Shown here: positions 1 to 14,209 of the stretch, one piece after another
Numbering within the stretch: the stretch's first letter is position 1
How the letters are laid out: each line of letters begins with the position of its first letter
Source of the DNA: Spirochaetia bacterium
GTDB taxonomy: Bacteria > Spirochaetota > Spirochaetia > WTKD01 > G963693115
DNA: 64,000 nt
Reading direction: 5' to 3'
Assembly: GCA_965226055.1 (NCBI GenBank)
Contig: CBDDCA010000006.1
Coordinates: forward strand, 576,001-640,000
Position numbers and translations under genes: made by a program
Notes under the pieces: model-generated
The model's input: the letters and a program-made list of their open reading frames with translations, nothing else
Databases searched by the model: none
What the model was told of the DNA's origin: nothing

Positions 1-3924
<3,924 letters not shown>

Positions 3925-3981
3925 TGTTGTGTATTACAAGTGTCATACTACAAGTATTTTTATCGTACAGAGAATAAATAT

Positions 3982-4836
3982 TTATTCCCCTTTTACTGAC
4001 CCCATTGTTAATCCTGAAATAAACTGTTTCTGCATAAGAAAAAACATAATAACAGGAGGCAACGCAGCAACAACAGAACCTGCAGCAATTAAATTCCAAG
4101 AAGCTATCCACTGACCACGCAATGCTTGAATTCCTACTGTCACTGGACGCACTTTATCACTTTGTACAAGAGTAAGCGCCCAAAAAAAGTCATTCCACAC
4201 AAAGGTAAAAATAAGCACTGATAATGCAGAAAGAGTTGGTTTACTGAGAGGAAAAATAATCTTAAAGAAAATTCTCCATTCACCTGCCCCTTCCATACGG
4301 GCACTCTCAATCAAAGAAAAAGGGATAGTTTTAATAAAATTTCGTAAAAAAAATGTAGCAAATCCTGATTGAAACGCTATATGAAACAAAATAAGCGATA
4401 TAGGACTATCGTATGTTCCCATCCTTATAGAGAAATCACGTACTGGTATCATTAAAATCTGAAACGGAATAAAGTTACCTGCAATAAACAGCGAGAACAA
4501 CAATAGTCTGCCTCTAAAAATATGAAATGCTAACGCATATCCAGCAAGGGAGCTTATAAAAATTGTTACAATAACAGTAGGAATAGTAATAATAAGACTA
4601 TTGATAAAATACCGAAGCATAGGCGTATTCGTAAACACATTTGTATAGTTTTCTACTATATTCAATTCAGAAGGAACACCCCAATAATTTCCTTTGTTTA
4701 TATCGGCAGAACTTCGTACCGAAGTAAATAAAATTGCAATAAGCGGAAGTATCCACAATAATAAAGATACATATAAGGCAACTCTATAAGATACATTAGC
4801 AAACATGCCATGTTTCTGTATTGGACTAGGAAACAA
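3982..4836 (-). CDS. Carbohydrate ABC (CUT1) permease, MalG-like
   Basis: EAA motif LIESARMEGA, WNDFFWAL, TM segments; TTG start with GGAGG upstream. Confidence 0.92.
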   Translation of the reverse strand: MFPSPIQKHGMFANVSYRVALYVSLLLWILPLIAILFTSVRSSADINKGNYWGVPSELNIVENYTNVFTNTPMLRYFINSLIITIPTVIVTIFISSLAGYALAFHIFRGRLLLFSLFIAGNFIPFQILMIPVRDFSIRMGTYDSPISLILFHIAFQSGFATFFLRNFIKTIPFSLIESARMEGAGEWRIFFKIIFPLSKPTLSALSVLIFTFVWNDFFWALTLVQSDKVRPVTVGIQALRGQWIASWNLIAAGSVVAALPPVIMFFLMQKQFISGLTMGSVKGE

Positions 4837-4852
4837 AATAACCTCCGTACTT

Positions 4853-5752
4853 TTAACTATTTTTTTCGTTTTTCAATAAACGAAATAAAAAATATACTAT
4901 ATATATATCCATTATTAAAAATAAAAATGTTGCTATTGCTGCAGCATACCCCATCTTAAAATTAAACAAGGCTTCATCAACCATGTGATATGCAAGTACA
5001 TAGCTAGATCCCCAAGGGCCTCCTGAGGTCATAATAGCAATAAGATCAAAACTTCGTAAAGAGCCAATAACTGTAACGACAATAGCAATAAAAGTTGCTG
5101 GTCGAAGCTGTGGCAATATAATATGAAACAGCATGCTTGTTTTTTCAGCCCCATCAATTCTTGCCGCTTCTACAATATCAGAACGAATATTAGTGAGTCC
5201 TGTGAGATACAAAATTAAACAATATGCTGTCTGAGGCCATAAAGAAGCGAAAATAATACCAAAGGTAGCGAGGGTAGGATCTGCAAGCACAGAAACAGGC
5301 TTAAGTCCAATGTTCTTAAACATAACCCCTAATAAGCCAAAATCAGGATTGTAAAACCATGAAAAAATAAGACCAACTACTACCAAATTAATCACAAATG
5401 GAAAGAAAAACATTGACTTTACAAACTTCATGCCCCTGATATTTTGGTTAAGAAACAAAGCAATAATGAGACCAAACACTGGAGCAAGAAAAGAAAATAT
5501 AAGCCAATACACATTATTACGAATTGAAACAAGAAATCGACTATCTGAAAATAAATCTATGAAATTTTTGAATCCTACCCATTCTTTAGGACCAAACCCA
5601 TTCCAACGATGAAATGCTAACCATATACTTTGCACAATAGGTATAAGCACAAAGATACTAAACATAATAAGCACAGGTAAGAGAAAACTTATGGTAACCC
5701 AAATACCTCCAGAGTATAACCTATGTTGCTTTTTCTTTACTAAAGATTGCAT
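4853..5752 (-). CDS. Carbohydrate ABC (CUT1) permease, MalF-like
   Basis: WVGFKNF, EAARIDGA, FDLIAIMTSGGP. Confidence 0.92.
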   Translation of the reverse strand: MQSLVKKKQHRLYSGGIWVTISFLLPVLIMFSIFVLIPIVQSIWLAFHRWNGFGPKEWVGFKNFIDLFSDSRFLVSIRNNVYWLIFSFLAPVFGLIIALFLNQNIRGMKFVKSMFFFPFVINLVVVGLIFSWFYNPDFGLLGVMFKNIGLKPVSVLADPTLATFGIIFASLWPQTAYCLILYLTGLTNIRSDIVEAARIDGAEKTSMLFHIILPQLRPATFIAIVVTVIGSLRSFDLIAIMTSGGPWGSSYVLAYHMVDEALFNFKMGYAAAIATFLFLIMDIYIVYFLFRLLKNEKNS

Positions 5753-5807
5753 GTATGTACTACCTACTATATTTTATAATAGCACAATATCATTTTTTAG
5801 ACATGTA

Positions 5808-7337
5808 TCATGTTCCAAAAGAAGTAATATGCACTATATGTTCTTCATTAAACTCATTAGGAGCTAACTCTTTTACAATTTTTCCACTATGTAACACTAA
5901 TATGCGTGAACTTAAACGCATAAGCTCTGAAAATTCAGATGATACCAAAATAACAGTAATTCCTTCTTTTTGCAGCTCTTCTATAATAGTATATATTTCT
6001 TGTTTCGCTCCAACATCAATCCCGCGTGTTGGTTCATCCAACAAAAGAACATTAGAGTTTGTCATAAGAATTTTTGAAAAAATTACTTTCTGTTGATTTC
6101 CTCCGCTAAGATACAAAATACTAGAGCTATATTCTGGTCCTCGATAATTCATCCTTTTCAAAAAAGCATCAACTATTTTTTGTTCCGATGAAAAAGAAAG
6201 AAAATATTTTAATTTACATAATCGTTGCAAAATATTCAAAGACGCATTATGCTTTATGTTCATAGTTTTTACAAAGCCATCTTTTTTTCGTTCTTCTGTA
6301 AGAAACCCTATACCATTATCAATAGCTTGATGTGCATTTTGAATATGCACCTGTTTCTCATGTACATATATATTGCCACTTTCTAGCGGATATGATCCAT
6401 ATATTGCTCGTAATAGTTCACTACGTCCAGAACCTAGCATACCAGCAATACCAACAATCTCTCCCTTATATGCAGAGAAACTAATATCATCAATAATAGT
6501 TAAGTCTTTATTATGCGGATTGAGAAGCCGTATATTTTCAACACGTAGTACTTCTTGAGTATTCTTTTCTATAGACATAGGTGCAACTTCATCCTTCACC
6601 TCTTTGCCTATCATATCCCTAATAATACGTTTTTTATCAAAATTCTTTTTTTCATAAGAAGATATCAATGTTCCATCTCGCAATACTAATACCCTATCGG
6701 AAATAGTAAATACTTCTTGTAATCTATGAGAAATATAAATACAGCTTATCCCTTGCGCTTTAAGCGTTTCTATTACAGAGAATAATGTGCTAATTTCATT
6801 TTCTGTAAGAGAGGCAGTAGGTTCATCCAATATAAGAATATGTGGATTACGTGAAAGAGCCCTTGCTATACATATAATCTGTTGCTGACTTGCACTGAGA
6901 TTGCGTACTGGAATATCCACATCTACATCAAACTGTAACATGTCCAGTATTTTCTTTGCATCTTCTTTGATAGCTTTCCAATCAAGAAACCCAAATGTAT
7001 TTCTTTTCAATAACCCTAGCATTATGTTCTCTGCTACACTTAAATCATATTCAACGCTTATCTCTTGGTATATCATAGCAATGCCAAAATCATTTGCATC
7101 TTTAATTGAATGAAAACGCAGCTCTTGTTTTTGCTCGTTATATATTGCTCCCTCATACGATTGAAACGGATATACTCCACTGAGTATTTTTACCAATGTA
7201 GATTTTCCTGCACCATTTTCACCAAGAAGAGACAGCACCTCTCCTTTATACAAAGAAAAATGTATGTCAGTCAATACTGTATTAGAAAAAAACTTTTTTC
7301 CTAAGGCATCAATTGTAAGAATACTATTTGTTGACAT
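5808..7337 (-). CDS. Monosaccharide ABC (CUT2) ATP-binding protein with two ABC domains (RbsA/XylG-like)
   Basis: GENGAGKST, LDEPTASL, LSGGNQQKV, LDEPTRGIDVGAK. Confidence 0.93.
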   Translation of the reverse strand: MSTNSILTIDALGKKFFSNTVLTDIHFSLYKGEVLSLLGENGAGKSTLVKILSGVYPFQSYEGAIYNEQKQELRFHSIKDANDFGIAMIYQEISVEYDLSVAENIMLGLLKRNTFGFLDWKAIKEDAKKILDMLQFDVDVDIPVRNLSASQQQIICIARALSRNPHILILDEPTASLTENEISTLFSVIETLKAQGISCIYISHRLQEVFTISDRVLVLRDGTLISSYEKKNFDKKRIIRDMIGKEVKDEVAPMSIEKNTQEVLRVENIRLLNPHNKDLTIIDDISFSAYKGEIVGIAGMLGSGRSELLRAIYGSYPLESGNIYVHEKQVHIQNAHQAIDNGIGFLTEERKKDGFVKTMNIKHNASLNILQRLCKLKYFLSFSSEQKIVDAFLKRMNYRGPEYSSSILYLSGGNQQKVIFSKILMTNSNVLLLDEPTRGIDVGAKQEIYTIIEELQKEGITVILVSSEFSELMRLSSRILVLHSGKIVKELAPNEFNEEHIVHITSFGT

Positions 7338-7339
7338 AA

Positions 7340-8272
7340 CTATTTTCTATTTCTATTTAATTGATCCACAATAACAGCTAAAACAAGTATAGAACCAATA
7401 ATAAGATTTTGCCAATATACTGATATTTTCATCACAGTCATACTATTAGAAAGCACTGAGGTAAAAAGGGCTCCCACAATCGTTCCAAACACGCTCCCTG
7501 CACCACCAAACATACTTGCACCACCAATTATTACTGCCACTGCTACTTGTAACTCAAAGCCTACTCCTACTCCAGGCTGTGCCGAACCAAGCCGAGCTGC
7601 CATCATAATACCTGTTAATGCTGCAAGCATAGCACATACAGAGTATACAAATAAGTACACTCTGGATATGCTAATTCCTGAAAGCTGTGCTGCTTCACGA
7701 TTACCCCCTACTGCATATATAGCACGTCCTATACGAGTATATTTAAGGATAACATGAACAACTATCGATAAAATTCCTGCAAGTATGACTACATTAGGGA
7801 TACCTACTATAGTACCCTGTTCTAATGATTGAAACTCTTTCCCTAAAGGATATACAGGAACTCCTTTTGTTACAATATTGACAATTCCTCTTGCAATATA
7901 GAGCATTCCTAATGTCATAATAAATGGAGGCACACTGAATCGATAAATAGTTATAGCATTTACTAAGCCTAGCATCAATCCTACTAAAAGCCCAAATACA
8001 ATAGCAAGAGGAATAGGAACATTGGAGGAGATACTCATTCCTGCAATAACTCCCCCCAGCGCAAGCATGGACCCCACTGATAAATCTAATCCTCCAGAAA
8101 TAAGAACAAGCGTAAATCCAAGAGAAGCTATAAGAAGAAATCCAGATGCTTTAAGCATACTGACTATATTGCCAAAAGAGAGAAAACTATTATTGACAAA
8201 ATATGCAATTATTATCAACAATACAAGAGGAACAAGAGTCCCCATATCCCTTAATCGAATTTTATTTTTCAT
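7340..8272 (-). CDS. Monosaccharide ABC (CUT2) permease, RbsC-like
   Basis: GGLDLSVGS, PPFIMTLG, GGNREAA, ELQVAVAVIIGG. Confidence 0.92.
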   Translation of the reverse strand: MKNKIRLRDMGTLVPLVLLIIIAYFVNNSFLSFGNIVSMLKASGFLLIASLGFTLVLISGGLDLSVGSMLALGGVIAGMSISSNVPIPLAIVFGLLVGLMLGLVNAITIYRFSVPPFIMTLGMLYIARGIVNIVTKGVPVYPLGKEFQSLEQGTIVGIPNVVILAGILSIVVHVILKYTRIGRAIYAVGGNREAAQLSGISISRVYLFVYSVCAMLAALTGIMMAARLGSAQPGVGVGFELQVAVAVIIGGASMFGGAGSVFGTIVGALFTSVLSNSMTVMKISVYWQNLIIGSILVLAVIVDQLNRNRK

Positions 8273-8285
8273 ATTTTATATACTA

Positions 8286-9266
8286 TTACTGCCAGGTTTC
8301 TACTTTCTTTATATCAGCACCATATGTTCTTAAATTATCCTTCGTCACTAAAATAGGAGGAATATCAATAACTTTTTTTGCAGGGACAGCTCCTGTACTT
8401 ATATAATCAAGAATAATCTGAGATGCTTGATATCCATAACGGAAAAAATTAACTGCCAAAGTTGCATGCATATATCCTTCATCAATAAGATCAAGCGTTT
8501 CATCTATATCATCAATCCCTATAATGACAACATCATCTCCACTCATTCCTTTTTCTCTTAGCACAGTTGCTGCTGCTGGTGCTGTCTCTGCTCCTGTACA
8601 ATAGAACACATTTAATTCAGGGTAAGAATTGAGTAACTCCTCAAAACGAGTAACTGCAGTAAAGGTATCGCTTTTACTTTCTACAATAGTTGTATGCTCA
8701 AATCCTGCTGGATGTGAAGAAAGAACATTGATATACGATTTAATAATATCATTTGCAATTTTATGCTCTACATTTGGCACTATCCCTGCCCCTACTATTG
8801 CTTTTCCTTTCATCACTTTTGCTATTTCCCCTCCTCCTATATTTCCAAAATCAGTAGGAGATAAACCTAAAAAGGCAAGCCTTTCTGCATTTGGAACATC
8901 GCCATCTACAAGCACTACTGGTATATTTGCATCTGACGCCATTTTTAATACAGGCTCTAGTGCTTCAGGAACTAAGCCTTGTGTGATAATCCCATCACTT
9001 TCCAAGTTTATAGCTATTTCTATCTGCTTGACCATTTCATTGACATCAAGTCCTTGTGGACCTATCCATTGAGGAACAAAATTCAAATCCTCAGCTGCTT
9101 GTTCAAATCCTTCTTTTGCTTTTAACCACACAGGGTGTGCAACCAAAGGAGTAACAAATGTAATTGTTACCTTGTCTTCCTTTTCTTCAGAACCAGCTGA
9201 GATAAAAGTAAAAAATACAGTACCACAAAGTACAAACAATGTGATTATTGATGCTATTTTTTTCAT
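8286..9266 (-). CDS. Monosaccharide ABC substrate-binding protein, RbsB-like
   Basis: Signal peptide, HPVW..AKEGFEQAA, IPVVLVD, IIGIDD; SD GGAGG. Confidence 0.88.
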   Translation of the reverse strand: MKKIASIITLFVLCGTVFFTFISAGSEEKEDKVTITFVTPLVAHPVWLKAKEGFEQAAEDLNFVPQWIGPQGLDVNEMVKQIEIAINLESDGIITQGLVPEALEPVLKMASDANIPVVLVDGDVPNAERLAFLGLSPTDFGNIGGGEIAKVMKGKAIVGAGIVPNVEHKIANDIIKSYINVLSSHPAGFEHTTIVESKSDTFTAVTRFEELLNSYPELNVFYCTGAETAPAAATVLREKGMSGDDVVIIGIDDIDETLDLIDEGYMHATLAVNFFRYGYQASQIILDYISTGAVPAKKVIDIPPILVTKDNLRTYGADIKKVETWQ

Positions 9267-9334
9267 AGCATACCTCCTAAAATTTTTTATAAATATTTAA
9301 TTCTTATAGTATATTTGTTATTTTCCTACGCCTT

Positions 9335-10603
9335 CTAGTTATCGAAAATTCTCTTTCGTTCCTTTTCAATAATAGCTCTAACCTCTGCTTCCTCATCAGG
9401 TCGCACCATAAAACGCTGAAACCCCTCCATGCCCTTTTTTGCCATCTCAGGAGCTGTGTCTCTGTCATAAAACTGAGCAAGCCCTTCCGCTGAGCTGAGT
9501 ACCGCAAACCCTTGCTTAAGAAACCTATCCGTAGGCTCTGCTGAAGTTGCATTAGGAGAAAGCGAGCCACTTGTTTCTGCTATAAATTTTGCATTATCTG
9601 CCCTTCCAACAAAGGCAAGAAATTTTTTCGCATCTTCTTTATTTTTCGCTCTGCTTGGAATATGAATAGTATCTACTGGAGCATCTTCAAATACCCCAAC
9701 AGAAGCATCTATTATAGGAAATTGAAAATACCCACTCACATCCTTTATTCCAGCAGTTTCTAAATCTGGCACTATAAAATTACCAATAAGATACATAGCC
9801 GCTGTTCCATTGATAAGGGGAGCTTGTGCCTCTTGCCATGAATAGGTAGCATGATTCTCTAAAAAGTACCCTTTCTTTACTAACTCTCCCCATGTATCAA
9901 ACACCGCATCTAAGCGAGCATCTTCATAGCTTATCTTTCCCTCCATCAATCCTATATGAAAATCATAGCCATTTATTCTTAAATTGAGATAATCAAACCA
10001 TCCCGCTGCAGTCCATAAATACTTTGTTCCTATAGTGATAGGAGTAATGCCATTTTTCTTAAGCGTTGCACAGGCAGCAAGAAACTCATCCCATGTTGTA
10101 GGCACTGTTATGCCGTACTGTTCAAATATATCACTTCGATAATATATTCCCCATTGATAATATGAAGAAGGTACTCCATACTGTTTTCCATCAATACTAA
10201 GTGATTTCAATGAAGAAGCAAGCTGTGTTTTAAAATCATTCTCTTCCCACACATCACTCACATCTTCAAATAGCCCTTGATCAACAAAAAATTTCATACG
10301 GTTTCCTGCAGACCACATAGTAACATCAGGAGCCTCAGAACTAAGAAAGTTTCGTATATTTGTTTTATATGCTTCATGAGCAAATGTAGTAACTTGTACA
10401 TCAATATCTGGATTTTCTTGTTCAAAACGTCGCACAATTTCTTCCCATGCCTCCCTAGGGGCAAGATCTGATGCATTAGAATTCATCACTAATACACGCC
10501 TTCCATCTGAGCTAGTCTCACCATCGCCACCAGCAAAAACATTTATTGTTGCATATGCACCAAACACTATAAAAAGAAAAAACAATACTGATATTTTTTT
10601 CAT
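9335..10603 (-). CDS. Oligosaccharide ABC substrate-binding protein, paralog 1
   Basis: Start moved to MKKISV at 10603 (GGAGG at 10609-10613); DGKQYGVP and PTTWDEFLAAC (SBP family 1). Confidence 0.92.
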   Translation of the reverse strand: MKKISVLFFLFIVFGAYATINVFAGGDGETSSDGRRVLVMNSNASDLAPREAWEEIVRRFEQENPDIDVQVTTFAHEAYKTNIRNFLSSEAPDVTMWSAGNRMKFFVDQGLFEDVSDVWEENDFKTQLASSLKSLSIDGKQYGVPSSYYQWGIYYRSDIFEQYGITVPTTWDEFLAACATLKKNGITPITIGTKYLWTAAGWFDYLNLRINGYDFHIGLMEGKISYEDARLDAVFDTWGELVKKGYFLENHATYSWQEAQAPLINGTAAMYLIGNFIVPDLETAGIKDVSGYFQFPIIDASVGVFEDAPVDTIHIPSRAKNKEDAKKFLAFVGRADNAKFIAETSGSLSPNATSAEPTDRFLKQGFAVLSSAEGLAQFYDRDTAPEMAKKGMEGFQRFMVRPDEEAEVRAIIEKERKRIFDN

Positions 10604-10702
10604 AAACACCTCCACATGAATAATAACTATTATAGTAAGTATAATATTAAGTATACTATATATTTCATATTTAAGTTTGTTAGTCATCTGGAGCTCAATT
10701 TT

Positions 10703-10781
10703 TTACACAGACATCCTTTGTAATAGGTTTTTTGTACTGCCCTGTAAGTAATACTTGTTTCTGTGTGAGAAATATTTTGTT
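10703..10781 (-). pseudogene. hsdS: C-terminal remnant of a type I R-M specificity subunit
   Basis: Reads NKIFLTQKQVLLTGQYKK then, across a frameshift, LLQRMSV*; resembles the HsdS tail KQYKKGLLQQMFV*. Confidence 0.6.
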
Positions 10782-10859
10782 ACGAATCCTTATCTTATGA
10801 AAATTTTTGATGTCACACTTAGTAATTTTAATTCTTATAGTATATGTATCCTACGCTTT

Positions 10860-12128
10860 TTAGTTATCAAAAATTCTCTTTCGTTCCTTTTCCATCGCTG
10901 CTCTAATCTCTGCTTCTTCATCAGGCCGCACCATAAAACGCTGAAACCCTTCCATGCCCTTTTTTGCCATCTCAGGAGCTGTATCTCTGTCATAAAACTG
11001 AGCAAGCCCTTCCGCTGAGCTGAGTACCGCAAACCCTTGCTTAAGAAACCTATCCGTAGGCTCTGCTGAAGTTGCATTAGGAGAAAGCGAGCCACTTGTT
11101 TCTGCTACAATTTTTGCATTATCTGCTCTTCCAACAAAAGCAAGAAATTTTTTCGCATCTTCTTTATTTTTCGCTCTACTTGGAATATGTATAGTATCTG
11201 TTGGAGCATCTTCAAATATCCCAACAGAAGCATCTATTATAGGAAATTGAAAATACCCACTCACATCCTTTACTTCAGCAGCTTCTAATTCTGGCACTAT
11301 AAAATTACCAATAAGATACATAGCCGCTGTTCCATTGATAAAGGGAGCTCGTGCCTCTTGCCATGAATAGGTAGCATGGTTCTCTAAAAAGTATCCTTTC
11401 TCTATTAACTCTCCCCATGTATCAAACACTGCATCTAAGCGAGCATCTTCATAGCTTATCTTTCCTTCCATCAATTCCATATGAAAATCATAGCCATTTA
11501 TTCTTAAATTGAGATAATCAAACCATCCCGCTGCAGTCCATAAATACTTTGTTCCTATAGTGATAGGAGTAATGCCATTTTTCTTAAGCGTTGCACAGGC
11601 AGCAAGAAACTCATCCCATGTTGTAGGCACTGCTATGCCGTACTGTTCAAATATATCACTTCGATAATATATTCCCCATTGATAATACGAATAAGGTACT
11701 CCATACTGCTTTCCATCAATACTAAGTGATTTCAATGAAGAAGCAAGCTGTGTTTTAAAATCATTCTCTACCCACACATCACTCACATCCTCAAATAGCC
11801 CTTGATCAACAAAAAATTTCATACGATTTCCTGCATACCACATGGCAACATCAGGAGCCTCAGAGCTAAGAGAGTTTCGTATATTTGTTTTATATGCTTC
11901 ATGATCAAATGTAGTAAGCTGTACATCAATATCTGGATATTCATTTTCAAAACGTTGCACAATCTCTTCCCATCCTTTTTTAGCGAAAGGATCTGATGCA
12001 TTAGAATTTATCATTAATACACGTCTTCCATCTGAGCTAGTCTCACCATCGCCACCAGCAAAAACATTTATTGTTGCATATGCACCAAACACTATAAAAA
12101 GAAAAAATAATACTGATATTTTTTTCAT
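10860..12128 (-). CDS. Oligosaccharide ABC substrate-binding protein, paralog 2
   Basis: Near-identical to paralog 1; start MKKISV with SD GGAGG. Confidence 0.92.
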   Translation of the reverse strand: MKKISVLFFLFIVFGAYATINVFAGGDGETSSDGRRVLMINSNASDPFAKKGWEEIVQRFENEYPDIDVQLTTFDHEAYKTNIRNSLSSEAPDVAMWYAGNRMKFFVDQGLFEDVSDVWVENDFKTQLASSLKSLSIDGKQYGVPYSYYQWGIYYRSDIFEQYGIAVPTTWDEFLAACATLKKNGITPITIGTKYLWTAAGWFDYLNLRINGYDFHMELMEGKISYEDARLDAVFDTWGELIEKGYFLENHATYSWQEARAPFINGTAAMYLIGNFIVPELEAAEVKDVSGYFQFPIIDASVGIFEDAPTDTIHIPSRAKNKEDAKKFLAFVGRADNAKIVAETSGSLSPNATSAEPTDRFLKQGFAVLSSAEGLAQFYDRDTAPEMAKKGMEGFQRFMVRPDEEAEIRAAMEKERKRIFDN

Positions 12129-12211
12129 ACATTCCTCCATGTGAATATAACTATTATAGTATTAAGTATACTACATACTTTATATTTAAGTTTATTAATC
12201 ATCTTGGAGTT

Positions 12212-12317
12212 TGCGGATTCAAGTATTAAATGCGACAAAGGAGCAAAAAAAGTAAGAAAAAATAAAAAAAGGAATGCACTCTATAATTGATAAGCAAAAC
12301 AAATTAGGAGGTCTCCT
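12212..12317 (+). mobile_element. Isolated IS30 left end (IR plus leader up to the transposase RBS)
   Basis: tgcggattcaagtattaaatgcgacaaaggagc...aaattaggaggtctcct matches 18261-18360 and is the inverse of the IR at 19310-19335. Confidence 0.88.
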
Positions 12318-12628
12318 GGTGTCTCAGAATAAGTTTTAAAAAAACATCTCCTAATCGAACTTTAGTTTGCTTTTCACCATCTGCTATTCTAACAAACCCA
12401 AAATTTGGAGTGTTTATTGTAGCCGAACTAAATATTTGCATATATTGAATAAAGGTTTTCCTTTACCAAAATCATCTTTTGTCTTACCAGACAAACCACT
12501 AAATGTTGCTCCAATCTCCTTCAATCGTCTTTCTTCCCAATCAGGAAAATCAGAGCCATCGTCCTGCTTGAAGCGTATGGATGGGGTACTAAAATAGTAG
12601 GCACTTATGCTTTGTCTTGTTTATTCAT
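12310..12628 (-). pseudogene. hsdS: N-terminal remnant of a type I R-M specificity subunit, truncated at the IS30 end
   Basis: SIRFKQDDGSDFPDWEERRLKEIG..SGLSGKTKDDFGKGKP / IQYMQIFS..GDVFFKTYSETP, with an in-frame stop and frameshifts. Confidence 0.8.
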
Positions 12629-12757
12629 CCAATGTATAATATATATAGCAATATAGCCATTATGTGAGTCCATTTTGTACAAGCCTTTCATGTCTTACTT
12701 TGCTCTTGAATTTCGTAATTCCTATAGTAATTTATGCTACTATTTTCTTTACGCCTT

Positions 12758-14023
12758 TTAGTTATCGAAAATTCTCTTTCGTTCCTTTTCCATCGTTGCT
12801 CTAATCTCTGCTTCCTCATTAGGTTGCACCATAAAACGCTGAAACCCTTCCATGCCCTTTTTTGCCATCTCAGGAGTGGTGTCCCTGTCATAAAATTGAG
12901 CAAGCCCTTCCGCTGAGCTGAGTACCGCAAACCCTTGCTTAAGAAATCTATCAGTAGGTTCTGTTGAGGTTACATTAGGAGAAAGCCCCCCACCTGTTTC
13001 TGATATAAATCTTGCATTATCTGCTCTTCCAACAAAAGCAAGAAATTTTTTCGCATCTTCTTTATTTTTAGCTCTGCTTGGAATATGTATAGTATCCGTT
13101 GGAGCGTCTTCAAATATACCAATAGAAGCATTTATTATAGGAAACTGAAAATACCCACTCACATCCTTTATTCCAGCAATTTCTAAATCTGGCACTATAA
13201 AATTACCAATAAGATACATAGCCGCTGTTCCATTAATAAAGGGAGCTGTCGCCTCTTGTCGTGAATAAGTAGCATGGTTCTCTAAAAAGTAACCTTTCTC
13301 TATTAGCTCTCCCCATGTATCAAACACTGCATCTAAGCGAGCATCTTCATAGCTTATTTTTCCTTCCATCAATTCCATATGAAAATCATAGCCATTTATT
13401 CTTAAATTGAGATAATCAAACCATCCCGCTGCAGTCCATAAATGCTTCGTTCCTATAGCAATAGGAGTAATACCATTCTTCTTAAGCGTTGCACAGGCAG
13501 CAAGAAACTCATCCCATGTTGTAGGTATCGCTATACCGTACTGTTCAAATATATCACTTCGATAATACATTCCCCATTGATAATACAAATAAGGCACTCC
13601 ATACTGTTTTCCATCAATAGTAAGTGATTTCAATGAAGAAGCAAGCTGTGTTTTAAAATCATTCTCTGCCCATACATCACTCACATCTTCAAATAGCCCT
13701 TGATCAACAAAAAATTTCATACGATTTCCTGCATACCACATAGCAATATCAGGAGCCTCAGAGCTAAGAGAGTTTCGTATATTTGTTTTATATGCTTCAT
13801 GAGCAAATGAAGTAAGCTGTACATCAATATCTGGATGCTCATTTTCAAAACGTTGCACAGTATCTTCCCATCCCTTTTTAAGAGCAGGATCTGATGCATT
13901 AGAATATATCACTAATACACGTTTTTCATCTGAGCTAGCTTCACCATCGCCACCAGCAAAAATATTTATTGTTGCATATGCACCAAACACTATAACAAGA
14001 AAAAACACTGATATTTTTTTCAT
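12758..14023 (-). CDS. Oligosaccharide ABC substrate-binding protein, paralog 3
   Basis: Near-identical to paralogs 1 and 2; SD GGAGG. Confidence 0.92.
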   Translation of the reverse strand: MKKISVFFLVIVFGAYATINIFAGGDGEASSDEKRVLVIYSNASDPALKKGWEDTVQRFENEHPDIDVQLTSFAHEAYKTNIRNSLSSEAPDIAMWYAGNRMKFFVDQGLFEDVSDVWAENDFKTQLASSLKSLTIDGKQYGVPYLYYQWGMYYRSDIFEQYGIAIPTTWDEFLAACATLKKNGITPIAIGTKHLWTAAGWFDYLNLRINGYDFHMELMEGKISYEDARLDAVFDTWGELIEKGYFLENHATYSRQEATAPFINGTAAMYLIGNFIVPDLEIAGIKDVSGYFQFPIINASIGIFEDAPTDTIHIPSRAKNKEDAKKFLAFVGRADNARFISETGGGLSPNVTSTEPTDRFLKQGFAVLSSAEGLAQFYDRDTTPEMAKKGMEGFQRFMVQPNEEAEIRATMEKERKRIFDN

Positions 14024-14209
14024 ACACTCCTCCATATAAATAATAACTACTATAGTAAGTATACTACATACTTTATATTTAAGTTTATTAGTTATTCGAT
14101 TTAAAAACTCTAATTTCTGAGCCTTAGGGAATTATATGCAATGATAATCCAACAAAATTAAATAATTTTTGTTCTAAAATAAAAATGTAAAACATGTTAT
14201 TATGGAATT

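Larger units (their letters stand above)
9300..14095. repeat. Tandem triplication of a ~1.4 kb unit (SBP gene plus its upstream region)
   Basis: Long identical nucleotide blocks shared by ~9300-10690, ~10830-12209 and ~12740-14095, including upstream ...atatttaagttt... Confidence 0.93.

Noticed and set aside
10604-10687. N-terminal extension of SBP paralog 1
   Set aside because: The paralogs and the SD place the start at MKKISV (10603).
9304-12930. Recurrent alternative-frame ORFs (MARFLLMQLQQ...)
   Set aside because: They recur only because the host SBP gene is triplicated.
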